From assembly GCA_951406725.2 (NCBI GenBank), contig OX597823.1, positions 49,228,001 through 49,292,000 of the forward strand: a stretch of DNA of 64,000 bases, written 5' to 3'. Below, piece after piece: positions 25,755 through 38,299 of this stretch; position 1 is the stretch's first letter, and every line of letters begins with the position of its first letter. The translations under genes were made by a program, and so were the position numbers. Under the pieces are notes generated by a model. That model saw only the letters and a program-made list of their open reading frames with translations, was not told the origin of the DNA and did no database searches. Source of the DNA: Octopus vulgaris (taxonomy: Eukaryota).

Positions 25755-26310
25755 TAATAATAATAATTATAAGTAAATATACGTGTCGTAACTTATAATT
25801 AACAAATAACAACATAGAAATCAATATTTTTACAATAAAAAAATCAAACAAGATTCAACAATATTTATTTTAAGATATATTGTTGAATTTTGTTCGATTT
25901 TTTATTGTAAAATTACGTATTTATATATATATTTATATTTTCTTATAAGATAATATACGTACATTTATTTAATTATTTTATTTGTTTATCTTAGACCTGA
26001 TGAGTGACTATTTTTAAACTGAATTGATTATATTATTTTCAATTTGAAAATATAGCCACGAAACACGTGTAGTCTATTTACTAATTATATGCTATTTATT
26101 TATTATTTAGTTTTAGATAAATGTTCTATCGTATCTTTAATTTTTTCTATGTGGTATGATTTAAGTATGTCTTTGTTGAATTGCTTCATGGTGGTTCTTT
26201 TCAAATTTATATACATATATTATATATTGTGAAATTTGATTTAGTATTACTAAATTGAATTTTTCCCTGTAAGTTTGGAATCATTTTCCCTAATATTATT
26301 ATTATTATTA
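24856..26310 (+). mobile_element. Extremely AT-rich Penelope-like relic with inverted pseudo-LTR copies
   Basis: About 135-bp inverted repeat 24873-25007 / 25864-25997, third partial copy 25828-25864, hammerhead immediately after the right repeat. Confidence 0.6.
25992..26076 (+). ncRNA. Type I hammerhead ribozyme with palindromic stem III loop and long stem II
   Basis: TAGAC-CTGATGA-GTGACTAT...ATAGCCAC-GAAA-C(ACGT)G-TA|GTCTA; stem I 5/5, core intact, predicted cleavage after 26071. Confidence 0.82.
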
Positions 26311-26321
26311 CATATACATAT

Positions 26322-26375
<54 letters not shown>

Positions 26376-28576
26376 ATTTATATATATATATAATATCTTT
26401 TACGAAATATTTACCATATTTTTGAAGTCATTTTCACTTTAAAATATTTTTTAAATATGCCAAAATATATTTATACTCTTGAAATTAATTTTAAAAAACA
26501 TTAAAATATTGTCTGTTTAAAGAAAGGTAAAATATAAATACTGTACAAACTGCTTATTTTTAAAATCACATTCACTTAAAAATATTTCTAAATGATTAAA
26601 CTATTGTGTTAAACAAAAGCAAAAATAGAAACATTTACTGTAAAAAAGAATCATATTTTTTTGTCGTCAAGTCACTGTGTCTAATCAAAAGATAAAAGTT
26701 TCTTCCTTTTCAGGATTAAGATTATTTTTGGAATATTTTACCATTATGCACCATTTTTGGTATTTATACCCCAAAAACCTCTAATATCTTAAAAACTACT
26801 TGTCCGATTTAGATTAAACTTTTTATTGTGTTCATATTAACAGTTCAGGGTAAACTTAATTTGTAGTATTTTCCCATTATGTGCCAGTTTGGCTGGGTAA
26901 CATTGCATGCAAGTAAGATTCAAACTGACTTTTAATGTATTATATATATAAATATATATATACTCCTGGTGGCAAGATCAACTGATGAGAACCTTAGATC
27001 ATTACCAGAGTTTGAAATCACGGGATATGGCTATATCTGTTTACTTCATTTTGTGAAAGGTGCTTTTACTCGCTCCCTTGCGGTTAGTACTTTGTGTGAC
27101 TATTGAGTCACTTTTGACTCTTATTTTTAACGAAATGAAATGTAGTCAACATAGGTGCAAAATATACTTTCTATAGCATAGTTATATGCTATAAAAAGTT
27201 TTTAGGGAATATTTCCAAAAGAGATATTCCAGTATTGGTGTCACCAATTTAGCAAAAATTACTATGTGTCACCAATGTAACAAAGTACAGAAAGTCAACA
27301 TTTATTTGAAACATCTACTAAATGTTATAAAATTCAGAATTGAATGTCATCAGGAAGAGAGTCCAGTTCCAAGACAATTCAGAAAGCATAATTAAATTTT
27401 TCATACAAAAATAATTTATAATTTTACAATTTTTTCAACAAATGCTGAACAAAGTATGTACAAAGGAATATGTTGTCGTGAACATTAACTAATTTAAAAC
27501 ATTTGCTGAAGGAAGTATGTAGCAAGACATAAATTGATTTGACATCACTTAATATATATTTTAATTGTATAAGGTTATAGGCTGTAGAATAAATACTGAC
27601 TAACACAGTAAAAAGATTGTGTAGCATTGAATACTAACACTGTTAAAGCAGCATAGCAGGAATACAATAAGGACACTAGGGCAGTTAAAAAAGCATTATC
27701 TTCAAACTGGTTATAAGGACTGGAATAACAATTCTGTAATTATATTGAAAGAGCCTCTAAGGCTTTCTACTTCACCAAGTTTCTGAATTTGTTATGATAA
27801 CCAGAATAAAATTATTTTTTCAAATATATTTGTGAGTATTGTGAGTTCTGCCAAATCAGCCAAATTTTCATGTTGGTTATAAAAAACTAGAATTATATTT
27901 CAGCACATAAACATTGCTAATTCTTAATGCTGTTTAAACTGCATCTCTCCATGATGGAAAGGAAAATCCAAACAGTGGTACTTCAAAGTGAATTGTGATG
28001 TTCTTTCAATGACCAGGCTGCAACTAAACTAAACTCTTTCAAAATTAGTGTGTTTCACTGTTGGGCAATACAGTCACATACACATACTAAGACAGACACA
28101 CACAGACATATTCATACACACCTCAGGCTATCTCTGTCCCCCTGTGTGTGTGTGTGAGAGAGAGAGAGTCATCACAAAAATGTATGTATGCTGACAGACA
28201 GCTACACCCTTACATACATTCACACACATTTACTTCTCAGCCTAACGTACATAACGAATGTGCAAACACACACACATTGACAGACACATACACACTCATG
28301 TAGAAAATTTGATGTCGTCATCATTGTCACCATGGTATAAAATGTCATTTATGATAGTTGACTTATAGAAAAGTATAGTTTTAAATTTTTGTAATGCAAA
28401 TATGTAAATGAAAAGAAAGTTTATTTGGCAGCCAAAAGATTATTGAATCTTCTGATATCCCATACATCAAAATTGGCAACTAAGTTTTTGAATGCATAAA
28501 GAACATATGCACACACACACACACTAACTCTGTTTTATAAATGTAGATTATTTCTCAAGACAATTACTGTTTCCTT

Positions 28577-29612
28577 CAGTGTTCAAAACAACACACCCTA
28601 GTGAAGTTGGATGTTCTAATTCATATTCTTTGCAAAGATTGCTACCACTGCTAATAGCTAATTTATTCACAGTCCATCAGATTTCTGCAACATCACTGAC
28701 GGTTTTACTAGTGTTAAACTATATCAATTTGACATATTTTTGATCTAGCATTCAGTGTTTGGCTGCCAGTCACAGGTGATTCACAATTTCTGACGAAATC
28801 ATTTGATACAACAGTATCATCCATTAATACTGACGAAATATCACCAACCAAAAAATTCCGTGCGTTTTATAGCATCTAGCATTTATATGAAGAGTATTTC
28901 TCAGGATGGTTACCACTATCTACAGTGTTCAAAACAACATATCCAAGTGAATTTGGATGTGCTAATTAATAATCATCACAGTCCATCAGCTTTCTACAAC
29001 ATCACTGACTGTTTTGCTAGTGTTGAATTATATCAATTTGACATATTTTTGATCTAGCATTCAGTGTTTGGCTGACAGTCATAGGTGATTCACAATTTCT
29101 GACGAAATCATTTGATACAGCAGTATCATCCATTAATGCTGACGAAATATCACCAACCAAAAAATTCGTGCTTTTTATAGCATCTAGCATTTATATGAAG
29201 TGTATTTCTCAGGATGGTTACCACTATCTACCTTGTTCAAAACAACACATACAAGTGAAGTTGGACGTACTAATTAATAATCATCACAGCCCATCAGTTT
29301 TCTGTAATATCATTGACTGTTTTGCCAGTGTTAAACTATATCAGTTTGACAAGTGTTTGATCTAGCATTCAGTGCTTGGCTGCCCTGTCACTGATGATTC
29401 ACAGTTTAAGATGAAATCCATTTGTGCTAGCGCTGATGATATTTCATGCACTGATGTAATTTGTGCTTTTTTATAGTACCTAACATCTACACAGGGTGAT
29501 TTTTCATGATTACTCCTGCAGTCTACAGCATTCAAAATAACCCATCAAAGTTAAGTTGAACATGATAATTAATATTCATTACAAAGACTACTTCTCTCAC
29601 TAATAGCAGATT
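28577..29612. repeat. Tandem repeat, about 309-bp unit, about 3.3 copies
   Basis: TGATCTAGCATTCAGTG at 28741, 29050 and 29358; GTTCAAAACAACA-type motif at about 28581, 28927, 29235 and 29530. Confidence 0.92.
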
Positions 29613-29907
29613 AAAATGTGTTTCTAAAGTTTTATCATTTGCCATAACCATTGGGGTGTAAATTCTCAACAATTTTCTTGACTAATTAATAAATTTTTCT
29701 AAGATTAAGTTGTTCAAATTCTAACTTTTTCGTTATAACAGACATGAGCAACCTTTGAGGAGAAGTTGGCCACATGTGACATGACTCGTTATTATGTAGG
29801 TTGCATTATTAAAAAAATTCAAGGTAATTTTTCATTAGGTGTGCCATTCAGAAAGTTTTGTGGGCTGCAGGTTCGCCATGATTAGGTTTATAACAATCAG
29901 TCATAAT

Positions 29908-30285
29908 GGTTTGAAATTTTGGCACACGGTCAGTAAGCTTGGGAGAGGAGGTAAGTTGATTACATCAACCCCAGTACTCAACTGGTACCTATTTTATCAA
30001 CCCTAAAAGAATAAAAGGCAAAATTGACCTCAGCTGAATTTGAACTCAGAATGATGAAATGCTGCAAAGTATGTTGCCTAGCATGTTAACAACTCTGCCA
30101 GCTCGGTGCCTTTAATAGACTGTCATAATCCTTTCTACTATAGGAACAAGGCCTGGAATTTGTGGGGGCGGGTAGTCAATCAGATCGAACCCAGTACTTA
30201 AGTGATACTTAAGTTATCAACCCCAAAAAGATGAAAGGCAAAGTTGACCTCGACGGAATTTGAACTCAGAACATAGAGATGAATG
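29908..30285 (-). mobile_element. Two tandem SINE family B copies with different tails
   Basis: ACCCCAGTACT..AAAGGCAAA.TTGACCTC..GAATTTGAACTCAGAA occurs twice. Confidence 0.8.
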
Positions 30286-30360
30286 AAAACAATCTGTCAT
30301 AATAAACGCAAAAAATATTTGCTTCATCAATATTTCTTGAGACTTTTTTACTTGCCATAA

Positions 30361-30765
30361 TAGGTGCAGATATGATAGTGTAGTTAAGAGGCTTGCTGTG
30401 CAGCCACATGGTTTTGGGTTCAGTCCCACTGTGTAGCACTTTGGGGAAGTGTATTCTGCTAGAATCTCAGGCCAACTAATACCTTGTGACTAAATTTGAT
30501 AGCTGAAAAATTGTGTGGAAGCCAGTTGTAAATATAAATGTATGCATACATGTGTGTGTGTGTGTGTGTGTATGTGTGTGTTCATGTTTGTCTTCGTCCA
30601 TCCCACTGTTTGACAACTGGTGTAGCTTTACTCATGTCCCTATTGATAGAATAAGTCCAATTTTTTTATTTTTTAGTAAAATACTGGAGCCAACTAAACC
30701 CATCAAGGCAGTGCCCCAGCATGGCCATAATGTAATGATGGGAACAAGTAAAGCGTAAAAAGATA
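30361..30765 (+). mobile_element. SINE family A (diverged)
   Basis: GGGTTCAGTCCCACTG...GTGCCCCAGCATGGCC...AACAAGTAAA. Confidence 0.75.
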
Positions 30766-31158
30766 TATCATTTACTAAACAAGAATCTTTGTTTACTCAT
30801 TAATCTTCATTCATTACCGTATTTTCCTGCACTCAAGTTGACTTTATCAGATCAAAATTCACAGTCAAAAACAAACAAATGGACAGGTTAACATATTCAC
30901 CAAGACAACTTAGTGGGACCAAAGCTTGCATATGAAATACAGTGGGATTGGGAAGATGATGACGATGTTTGAATGTTTACACTACATCACTATATCACTA
31001 CATACAATGTTAACCCATATCCCAGAAAATACAACAACCCATATGAAATATTTCTTTTTTATACAAATTTTCACCAAAATTTTGATCTGAAATTCCATGT
31101 TGAAACAGATTTGGTAGAGTGGATCATGCCTGAAATATTGTTACTTAATAACTACTCA

Positions 31159-31405
31159 TGAAGGAACATGGCTTAATGGTTAGGGTGTTTGGCTCACAAT
31201 CATAAGGTCATGAGTTCAATACCTCATTGTGTCTATGACCAAGACACTTTATTTCATGTTGCTTCAGTTCACTCTCTCCCTGAGAGCTACATTAAGAGTG
31301 TGCACGTCTGTGGAGTGCTCAGCCACTTGCATGTTAATTTCATGAGCAGGCTGTTCTGTTAATCACATCAACTGGAACCCTTATTGTCATAGCTGGTAGG
31401 GCTAG
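31159..31405 (+). mobile_element. SINE family D with internal deletion
   Basis: TGAAGGAACATGGCTTAATGGTTAGGG..GAGTTCAATACC..CTGTGGAGTGCTCAGCCACTTGC..CAACTGGAACCC. Confidence 0.75.
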
Positions 31406-33832
31406 TTTAATAACTGCTCACAGTAATAACTGTTTCATTAATGTTTTCCTCAGGGTATCCAATATTTAGCAGTGGTCAGTCAAAATATCAATGTAAATAG
31501 AAGACAAGGGTCTATTGAAATACTCTGGTGATACAGTAAACAACTGTATATAGTTTATTAATAGCAAAAATACAAAGAAACATGACATTAAGAAAGACAG
31601 TAACACCTATGAAATAGCTGTAGTAATATTTTCTTTTTAAGTCTCTCCTAACCAATATTATTTGATACACTAATTAAATAAGCTATACTCATACCATTCT
31701 GTTATTACAAAAACTAATAGAACCACTTGTATAATAAACTTCTATTCCTTTAGTAACACCTTTACAGGATACCAATTTTTTTTAAAAATGCACTTTGTAA
31801 TTATGCTGTCTCAGAAAATTAATGCAAAGAAGACTTTTACCAAAATAATATTCCTTTTGAACGTCAACTTTCTCTTTAATCATCAATAAAATAACTGAAA
31901 CGGCTATACTTGATATTTATTGTCCAATCATAAATTCACTTTAGAAAAGTTTCACTTATCTTTACAGAGTTGCAGGTATTTAAATATAGAACTTTATGTT
32001 TAATGTTTTGGTTGTGTATTTTTGTTTTATAGTTGACGCCATTCCTTATGTCAGTCACTGATACAAAACAAAGATTTTAGGAAGAAAAATATCAACTTTT
32101 TTTTCTCAGCACAACAGGTTCATGTTTCAATGTTCAACTTTTATAAAAATAGAATAAATTTCCAAAATAGATTTGTTAAAATTTAAATTTTATTTAATCA
32201 AGAGATTTATATATAGAAATAAAGGTAATTATATTGATATGTCATATGAAGTAAACTAGCATAAACAAATACTAGACTGACACTGTTGTCAAAGAGAAAT
32301 ATGACAAGTAAAACAAAAGGAACTGAGATATTATCAAGACAACTATACATGGATGCTGACCAAAGATTCTATCAATCAAGCGATTAAATTTTCACTTGGT
32401 ATACCAAACACATTACTTGAAATTTCAATTTAAGAAACCCACTACATGGTTACCAAGTTATTTTCTTCTTATCATCGACTGAACTCAAGATAAAAGTTAA
32501 GATTAATTGAGTGGTTAGCTTGGTGTAAAGCTTTAAAGATATCAAATGTTTACATCAAAGAGTTTTCATGCAGTTTCAAAGAAATGTTGAAAATTGCAAT
32601 AAATCTAAAAACATTTTCTTAAAATGGATAAAATGATTGCTTGCAATTTTAATAAAACCATCTTTTATTCAATTCTAGTTATATACAATATCCCTTCAGA
32701 AAAAAATTATATTTATATAAGATTATATAAAAAAGAAATAAGTGAATGAAGGTTTCTGTTTGAAAGTCCATTTTTAAAAAGATGTTTTCCAAATTTTTAG
32801 CTAATTTTTTTTTCCTTCACCTCAAGTACTGTATTTTAGTACAAATAGTGACAACACTTCATGCTCTGTTAAACTGAAGCTTTTTCTACAATTCCCAGAA
32901 TCCTTTCTCTCTAATGCATATAAAATAAAACTGCTATTTAAATGTACTACAGTTCCGTCACTAATGTTTTTGTTCACGACACTTTGATGCTCTTCCAGTA
33001 TTAGAAGGCCATTTTTGTTTGATTTGCTGTTACTTTTTACTTCTTCTCCAGATGCATCTTCCAGCTAACATTTCCATTAGTTATTGTTGTTAGGATGCTT
33101 TATTTTTTTTGTCAATTTTTTTTCTTTTTTTTTTTTCATTTTACTATTTATCAAAGAATACTATCGTATAATAGTAAACATATTTTGTTGAAATGTATTT
33201 ATTTATGCACTGAAATGTGAAAGTCAATTCCCTATCAACAACAAAAGAAATATTTTGCTTTATTCACAAACGATGCCAGTTGCTATGAACTACTTTTATC
33301 CGGTTAATGCATTAATTACTTTGAGCACCATACATCTTAAGTACATCACAAGTGTTCTCAGAAAGTGTCATATGTCTGTGTTGGCTTCCAGTGAATAAAG
33401 GTAGAGTATAGTGGGGGTAATATCCAGTATTGATATACGTTGATGTACATGAATGTGCGTTTGTTTGCATTGTGTATATTTATCAATAAATTGCTCGGGT
33501 ATAAATATAAGGGTATATGCAGACAATATAGGTTTTCATCTCTTTCTCCACTTTGTTTTTGCATGTGTGTTTGTGTGTGTGTGTCCCTGTCTATACATAC
33601 ATATATATATATATATATATACATGCACATATGTGTGTGTATATATATATATATATACACACACCCTAGTTATAATTGCGTGAGAAAGTGAGGAAGTGTT
33701 TGTATGTGTGTAGGAGTGTATAATTAAAGATAATTGATAAAAATATATAGAAATTGATATTACTATTTATGTGTATTCATATGCACACACATATATGTAT
33801 GTACATATGTATATGTGTGTGTGTGCATGTGC

Positions 33833-33882
<50 letters not shown>

Positions 33883-34199
33883 CTTAACAGCTTGTGATTC
33901 GCTGTCCATTGTTACAAGAATGAATTTCATGATCAATCAAAACAGTCTCATGAATGGAAACAGATAATGTGTTAAATCTGCAGAGCACTTGTAAAACCAA
34001 TTATTACTGGTCAAGGCAGATCGTGTGGTTCAAGCCTCTGCACACTAGGGTTAAAAATAGATGGACTACTGTTGTGTAAGGGAGGATACCCAGTTCAGGC
34101 CTGTAATCATAAACAAGAGAGGCTACTCTGTATAGCTCATGATATCTGTACCTATGAATTTGCTGAGGAGGTTCAGGCACAAATTTTCCAAGACAGAAG

Positions 34200-34900
34200 T
34201 TCTCCATTGACAACAGCTAGTCTGTAGTTTAAAGTTCATCTTGGGAAATATCATTCATTGTTTGAGTATTTGAAACTTTTCAGTTAGCCAAAGTCTACAG
34301 TTTTGTGATCCTTTGAAATGTGGTAATTCTGTCAACAATGTTCTTGTTATTGTAAACCATTTTGATCCTTGGCACCAACACTTGAAAGTGTTCTCAGTAA
34401 ACCCAATATAATTTCTCTTGATGACGCCCAAGGATATCATGTATGGTTGATATATGACTCTATTAAAAAGATACAATCTCTTTATTGGATAGCTAGATGG
34501 ATTTTAATGATGGAAGCAACTTGGCTAACATTGAATTTCAGACTGTAATTATCATCAGACAAACATTTCAATGGCACAATATTTGAATTGCAAGAAGGGA
34601 TTCAGAAGGTGGCCAGCTGGCAGAAATATTAGCATGCCGGGTGAAATGCTTAACGGTATTTCGTCTGCCATTGTGTTCTGAGTTCAAATTCTGCCAATTT
34701 TGCCTTTCATCCTTCTGGGGTCGATAAATTAAGTGCCAGTTGTGTACTGGGGTCGATGTAATCAACTTAATCCCTTTGTCTATCTTTGTTTAGCCCCTTG
34801 TAGGCAATAAAGAAATAAGAAAGGATTCGGATTAAATATACCATATGTTCTGTAACATTTATTGAGCACTCTCTTCTTCATGTGTTGACAAAAAGACAAT
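34200..34900 (-). pseudogene. Penelope-like GIY-YIG endonuclease region, decayed, interrupted by SINE B
   Basis: ORF 34255-34476 reads VIYQ...NYIGFTENTFK...CRLWLTEKFQI (cf. PLE VIYQ..YIGLTE..FK..CNLCL.EK); IFNP remnant near 34830. Confidence 0.7.
34606..34820 (+). mobile_element. SINE family B (tail type 1)
   Basis: AAGGTGGCCAGCTGGCAGAA...TAGCCCCTTGTAGGCAATAAAGAAATA; imperfect TSD AAGAAGGGATTC / AAGAAAGGATTC. Confidence 0.85.
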
Positions 34901-36047
34901 ACCTGGATATATTTTGTGTGTGTGTGTGTAGGCTGGTGCATTGACAGAATCATTATGGAGCCAGAAAAAGTTCCCTATGATATTTATTGCAGCCCTTTTA
35001 GACTCTTGAGCTCAAATTCTGCAGAGGTTAACTTTGCTGTTCATTTTTTCCCCAGGGTTAATAAAATAAAAAAAAGGACCAAATTTTGGCCTTAAGTCTA
35101 TACGATAAATCGTTATTGTTGTGTTGTTGTTGCTGCTGCTGTAAGTTGTTGTTGCTTTTGATGATAGTTGTTGGGTAGAATTAGATTTACCATATTAAAT
35201 TTGAGAAGGCAGTTTTCTTCTCTCTCCCACACCCTCTCTCTCTCACCCCCTCTCTCTCTCACTCTCTCTCTCACTCTCTCTCTCTTTCACCCTCTCTCTT
35301 GTGTATGTGTGTGTTTATCTCATATTGCCAACAAAAGACTTTAGAAAATTTAAGCATTATGGTTAAAAATGTAATTCTCTCCTTGGATATTTTATATTTT
35401 GGTAACTGTTGTTTACTTATAATTTATTATGTCTTCCCCTAGAGGAGTGGGAAAAGCAGTTAATCACAAATAGATATGGAAACACAACCCTAAACCATTC
35501 AAGGCAATTTTGCAAAGTTTGCGAATAAAAATACATATTAAAAATGCTAACAGGGAAAATATTATTACAACTGACATGATTGTGAACACTAACAAATACA
35601 AAGAATAAAACATATCTTTAATAACGTTATTAACAAAACAATCACAATAGCTTTGTTAATGATTACTAACCAGACATTGGCTAACATCAACTCTTGTGAG
35701 GGGGAAAAAAAAAGAACAAATCTTTCTTTCCTGAGGAATTCTTCTAGGAAAGTTACAGCCTACTGTTTTTCCAGAGATGGAGATTTTCATTTGCATCCAA
35801 AGGTGCAACTGGAAGAAACCTTAACCAATGTTGGCATCAATGAAGGTGGAGCATACAGAAGTGTGTACTGGATCTTCAAGATGCAAAGAAGGTGAGGTGG
35901 CAGGCTACTGGATTTGTACCCCTACAGACAGGTGCATCATTAAATGGGGAGATGCTACATAAAAGTCACAACCAAAGAGATTGGTATAGTGGGGTTAATC
36001 CTTAGTTTGCCCTTACCTTTGTGATACAATATAAGATGGTAGTGAAC

Positions 36048-36274
36048 CTATTTCTGTATTACCCACATAGAGGGGACAAACAAGGACAGACATAGGTATT
36101 AAGTCGATTACATCGACCCCAGTGCGTAACTGGTACTTTATTTATCGACCCCGGAAGGATGAAAGGCAAAGTCGACCTTGGCGGAACTTGAACTCAGAAC
36201 GTAACGACAGACGAAATACCGCTAAGCATTTCGCCCGGCGTGCTAACATTTCTGCCAGCTCGCCGCCTTTTCCC
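36048..36274 (-). mobile_element. Young SINE family B with 16-bp TSD
   Basis: TAAGATGGTAGTGAAC at 36032-36047 and 36275-36290; CpGs retained. Confidence 0.92.
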
Positions 36275-36455
36275 TAAGATGGTAGTGAACATGTAGACAA
36301 CATACAGTGAAATGTGATACAAAGAAATCTTCAAAATCTTTTTCCCTATGTAATCTTGAAAACCCTTGACAACCATAATGTCTCTAAAGGCCATCAGGAC
36401 CAATTGTTTGGGGACATGAGCTGTATTATTCTGCTGAGTATTGATTATGGTGCAA

Positions 36456-36922
36456 CAGTGGTTTGGTTCTCAGCTAGGGTCCATATGACCCATGGAAGAT
36501 TTTGTTGTTAAAATGTATGTGCAATGAAGTGGTTACTCTTCTATTATACACAAAATATTTTAATTTTTTACACAATTCCTAATATTTTATCATAAAAATA
36601 TAGTAAGATCTTTTAACTCTTTAGCATTCAGTTTATTCTGTCAAATATCTTGCTAATTTATTTACATTTGTTTTGAATTAATCATGGACTGTCTTGTAGC
36701 TTTGAGATTTTAACGATGTGGCTGTTTATTTTTAGAATGTCATTGTAGGGTAGGTGTGAAAGACCAGACCTGGCCAGTTTGAACATAAAACAGGTAAAAT
36801 ATTTTGGCTGGATATGGCTAGTTTAAATGCTAAAATGTTAAACATCGAATGGCTATGAAGGGCCACCCAACTAAAATAAGGATCAAGGAAATCCACAAGT
36901 AAAAAATAGTTGAGAACCACTG
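36456..36922. mobile_element. hAT-type MITE hosting a piggyBac-like MITE
   Basis: CAGTGG..TTCTCAGCT left end, AGTTGAGAACCACTG right end. Confidence 0.55.
36613..36841. mobile_element. piggyBac-like MITE (family F)
   Basis: TTAA-flanked with CCCTTTAGCATT-type TIRs; same family at 45216 and 48878. Confidence 0.75.
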
Positions 36923-37194
36923 ATGTACAGTATGAGTTATATTATGTGGTGATGATCCTGTTAAGTATATTTTGTGTAAGCTATGCTAATTTCTCATGTG
37001 GTTATTGTGTAGAAAACATATTGTGTGGAAAGTACATCATGTAAACTGTATCAAGGAACTGAAAATGTCCTTGCATAGAATTATCCACCACAATTCCCTT
37101 GGGGTGGAAAACTAAAGTTTGTCCTTGGACATTTTGTTTCATTTATTTTATATTTCGTAAGCTTTCATTTTCTCATGTTCCAATATGTTTTTTT

Positions 37195-38159
37195 TTCTTA
37201 TTGGATGCCCATGCAGACATCATATAACCATATATTGATTTGTTTTATCATTTAACTTGTGTCCAGCTTAAAGATGACAACATGCCAAAATTCAAGTCAC
37301 CACCAACAGTCGTAGCTTGTTGCAGCACTAATCTGTGGACAGGTTCGTGGTGCACTAAACTTTACCTGTCACCTTGTTTCTTTCCTCGATCTTAAAAACC
37401 AGGTATACACTTCCATACACCTTATTCCAGTCGATGGGAAAACCTACACATGTTAGCAGTAATGAACATATGTGATTCCAGAAATTTGGAAAACTTTGAA
37501 AGCAAAATTATGATTTGAAAAGAAAGTCAAGAACGAAAATAATGAAGTTTAATAATGCTGTCAACTGACAATTCCACAAACAGACATGTTTTGTATGAAG
37601 GACATATATTAACACATACATATAGCAATGGACAAGTTTTTAGTTCCAAGAAAATCAGCAGTTGAAATACTTTCATCAGTATTGTAAGCCAATAGGATAC
37701 AAGAATCAGCTCAACAAAAGAAAACAATGTGGAAGAGGTATGTCAAAAAAAAAAGAACTGATTAAAAAGGGCAAAGATAAATGTGCCACCACTCCTATTC
37801 AAAAACAGAGGGGTCTCTCTAGATAGTCTTAAAGGAGTAGCAGGAGAAAACACTAGTAAATGTATAGTACAAAGCTTTTCCATCGACTAGAGTAAGGTGT
37901 ATTGAAGTATATACCTAGTTTTTAAGATCAAGGAAAGAAATAAGGTGATGGGTAGAGTTTAGTGCTCCACAAGCCTGTCCACAGATTAGTGCTTCAAAAT
38001 ATTGGGTAACAGAAATATTAGGAGTACAGCTATGACTGTTGGTGGTGACTAGAATTTTGGCGTGTTGTCATCTATAAGCTGGAGACTAGTTAAATGGTAA
38101 GACAAAACAAAATGTAGTTATATAATGTCTGCATGAGCATGTAAGCCCCAGTATAGAAT
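37195..38159. mobile_element. Long-TIR non-autonomous element
   Basis: About 240-bp arm 37207-37445 is inverted at 37873-38140 (one ~30-bp indel), with a ~430-bp spacer. Confidence 0.8.
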
Positions 38160-38299
38160 ATCCAGTTGCTATGTTACAAATTATTGTTGTTGTCATAGTT
38201 ATTGTTATTCAACTGTCTAATTTTGTTGTGTTCCTTCTCTGCACCACTAATTGTAACACTATTGTATATCTCAGGTATGTGTAGTGCTCTGTTTTGGTT

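Noticed and set aside
26975-27032. CTGATGAG...GAAA hammerhead-like motif
   Set aside because: Core and weak stems II/III are possible, but stem I does not pair (ATCAA versus TGGCT). At best a decayed copy.
32822-33064. 80-codon stop-free minus-strand frame after an AG (LEDASGEEVKSNSK...)
   Set aside because: No polypyrimidine tract, no recognisable domain, and a length compatible with chance.
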